From the NCBI RefSeq assembly GCF_018350175.1, contig NC_058380.1:91636001-91700000 (forward strand): DNA of 64,000 nucleotides, given 5' to 3'. Under the pieces are notes generated by a model. The model was not told the origin of the DNA. It saw only the letters and a list, made by a program, of their open reading frames with translations, and ran no database searches. Position 1 is the first letter of the stretch. Each line of letters begins with the position of its first letter. Source of the DNA: Felis catus. Lineage: Eukaryota. Positions 63,604 through 64,000 of this stretch are shown here, one piece after another. A program made the position numbers and the translations under genes.

Positions 63604-64000
63604 AGCCACGCTTTAGATCTCTACTCTGTCTTTATTACCTTAACTGAAATCCAACATCAAAAGTAAAGGAGTGTAAGCACACGACCGTGTTACACGGGGG
63701 CAGAGGAGACTAAAGTAAGAAACCAACGGCCCCCTGACAGTACGAGGATTACGGTGATGCTTTCTTTTGAAAACCTCGCTGAGCAGCCTCCCCTACCGTC
63801 TGTGAGACAGAGCTTTATTCTGGCACCGACATTCCGTCTTCTCGAAACCAGACCCGGCTTCTTGGCCGACTGAGCACACCTTCTTCGGCAGGTCCCACTG
63901 CCCTAGCCCATCAGCTTATGCTCCCATTAGACGTACAAGACCCACGCGGGTGGTCTCTTTCTGGCCTTGACCTCTGTCAGCTCTGGCCAGGCCTCAATGA

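Overview
This is GC-rich mammalian genomic DNA. The Can-SINE (SINEC_Fc-type) repeats and the PTGDS sequence point to a felid. It is syntenic with the human 9q34.3 lipocalin cluster, in reverse orientation. Gene order: LCNL1(-), PTGDS(-), about 15 kb of intergenic DNA, LCN12(-), an orphan CpG island, C8G(-), FBXW5(+) head-to-head with C8G, about 8 kb of old LINE-1/MLT relics, and TRAF2(-), whose non-coding first exon lies beyond the window. I built all six genes by hand, exon by exon, using GT-AG boundaries and consistent phases. Main observations: (1) LCNL1 is a complete secreted 183-aa lipocalin with a PTGDS-like exon structure but no catalytic Cys, unlike the truncated human LCNL1 annotation as I recall it. 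(2) LCN12 has a premature TAG and has lost its C-terminal Cys codon, with a possible rescuing 17-nt microexon. (3) TRAF2 intron 4 holds a tight cluster of canonical NF-kB sites. (4) TRAF2 has a linker 22 aa longer than human. (5) An NF-Y/E-box CpG-island promoter lies upstream of LCN12. (6) The LINE-1 relics are unusually GC/CpG-rich. Most long ORFs in the supplied track are GC-content artefacts. Comparisons with human proteins come from memory and need confirming by alignment.
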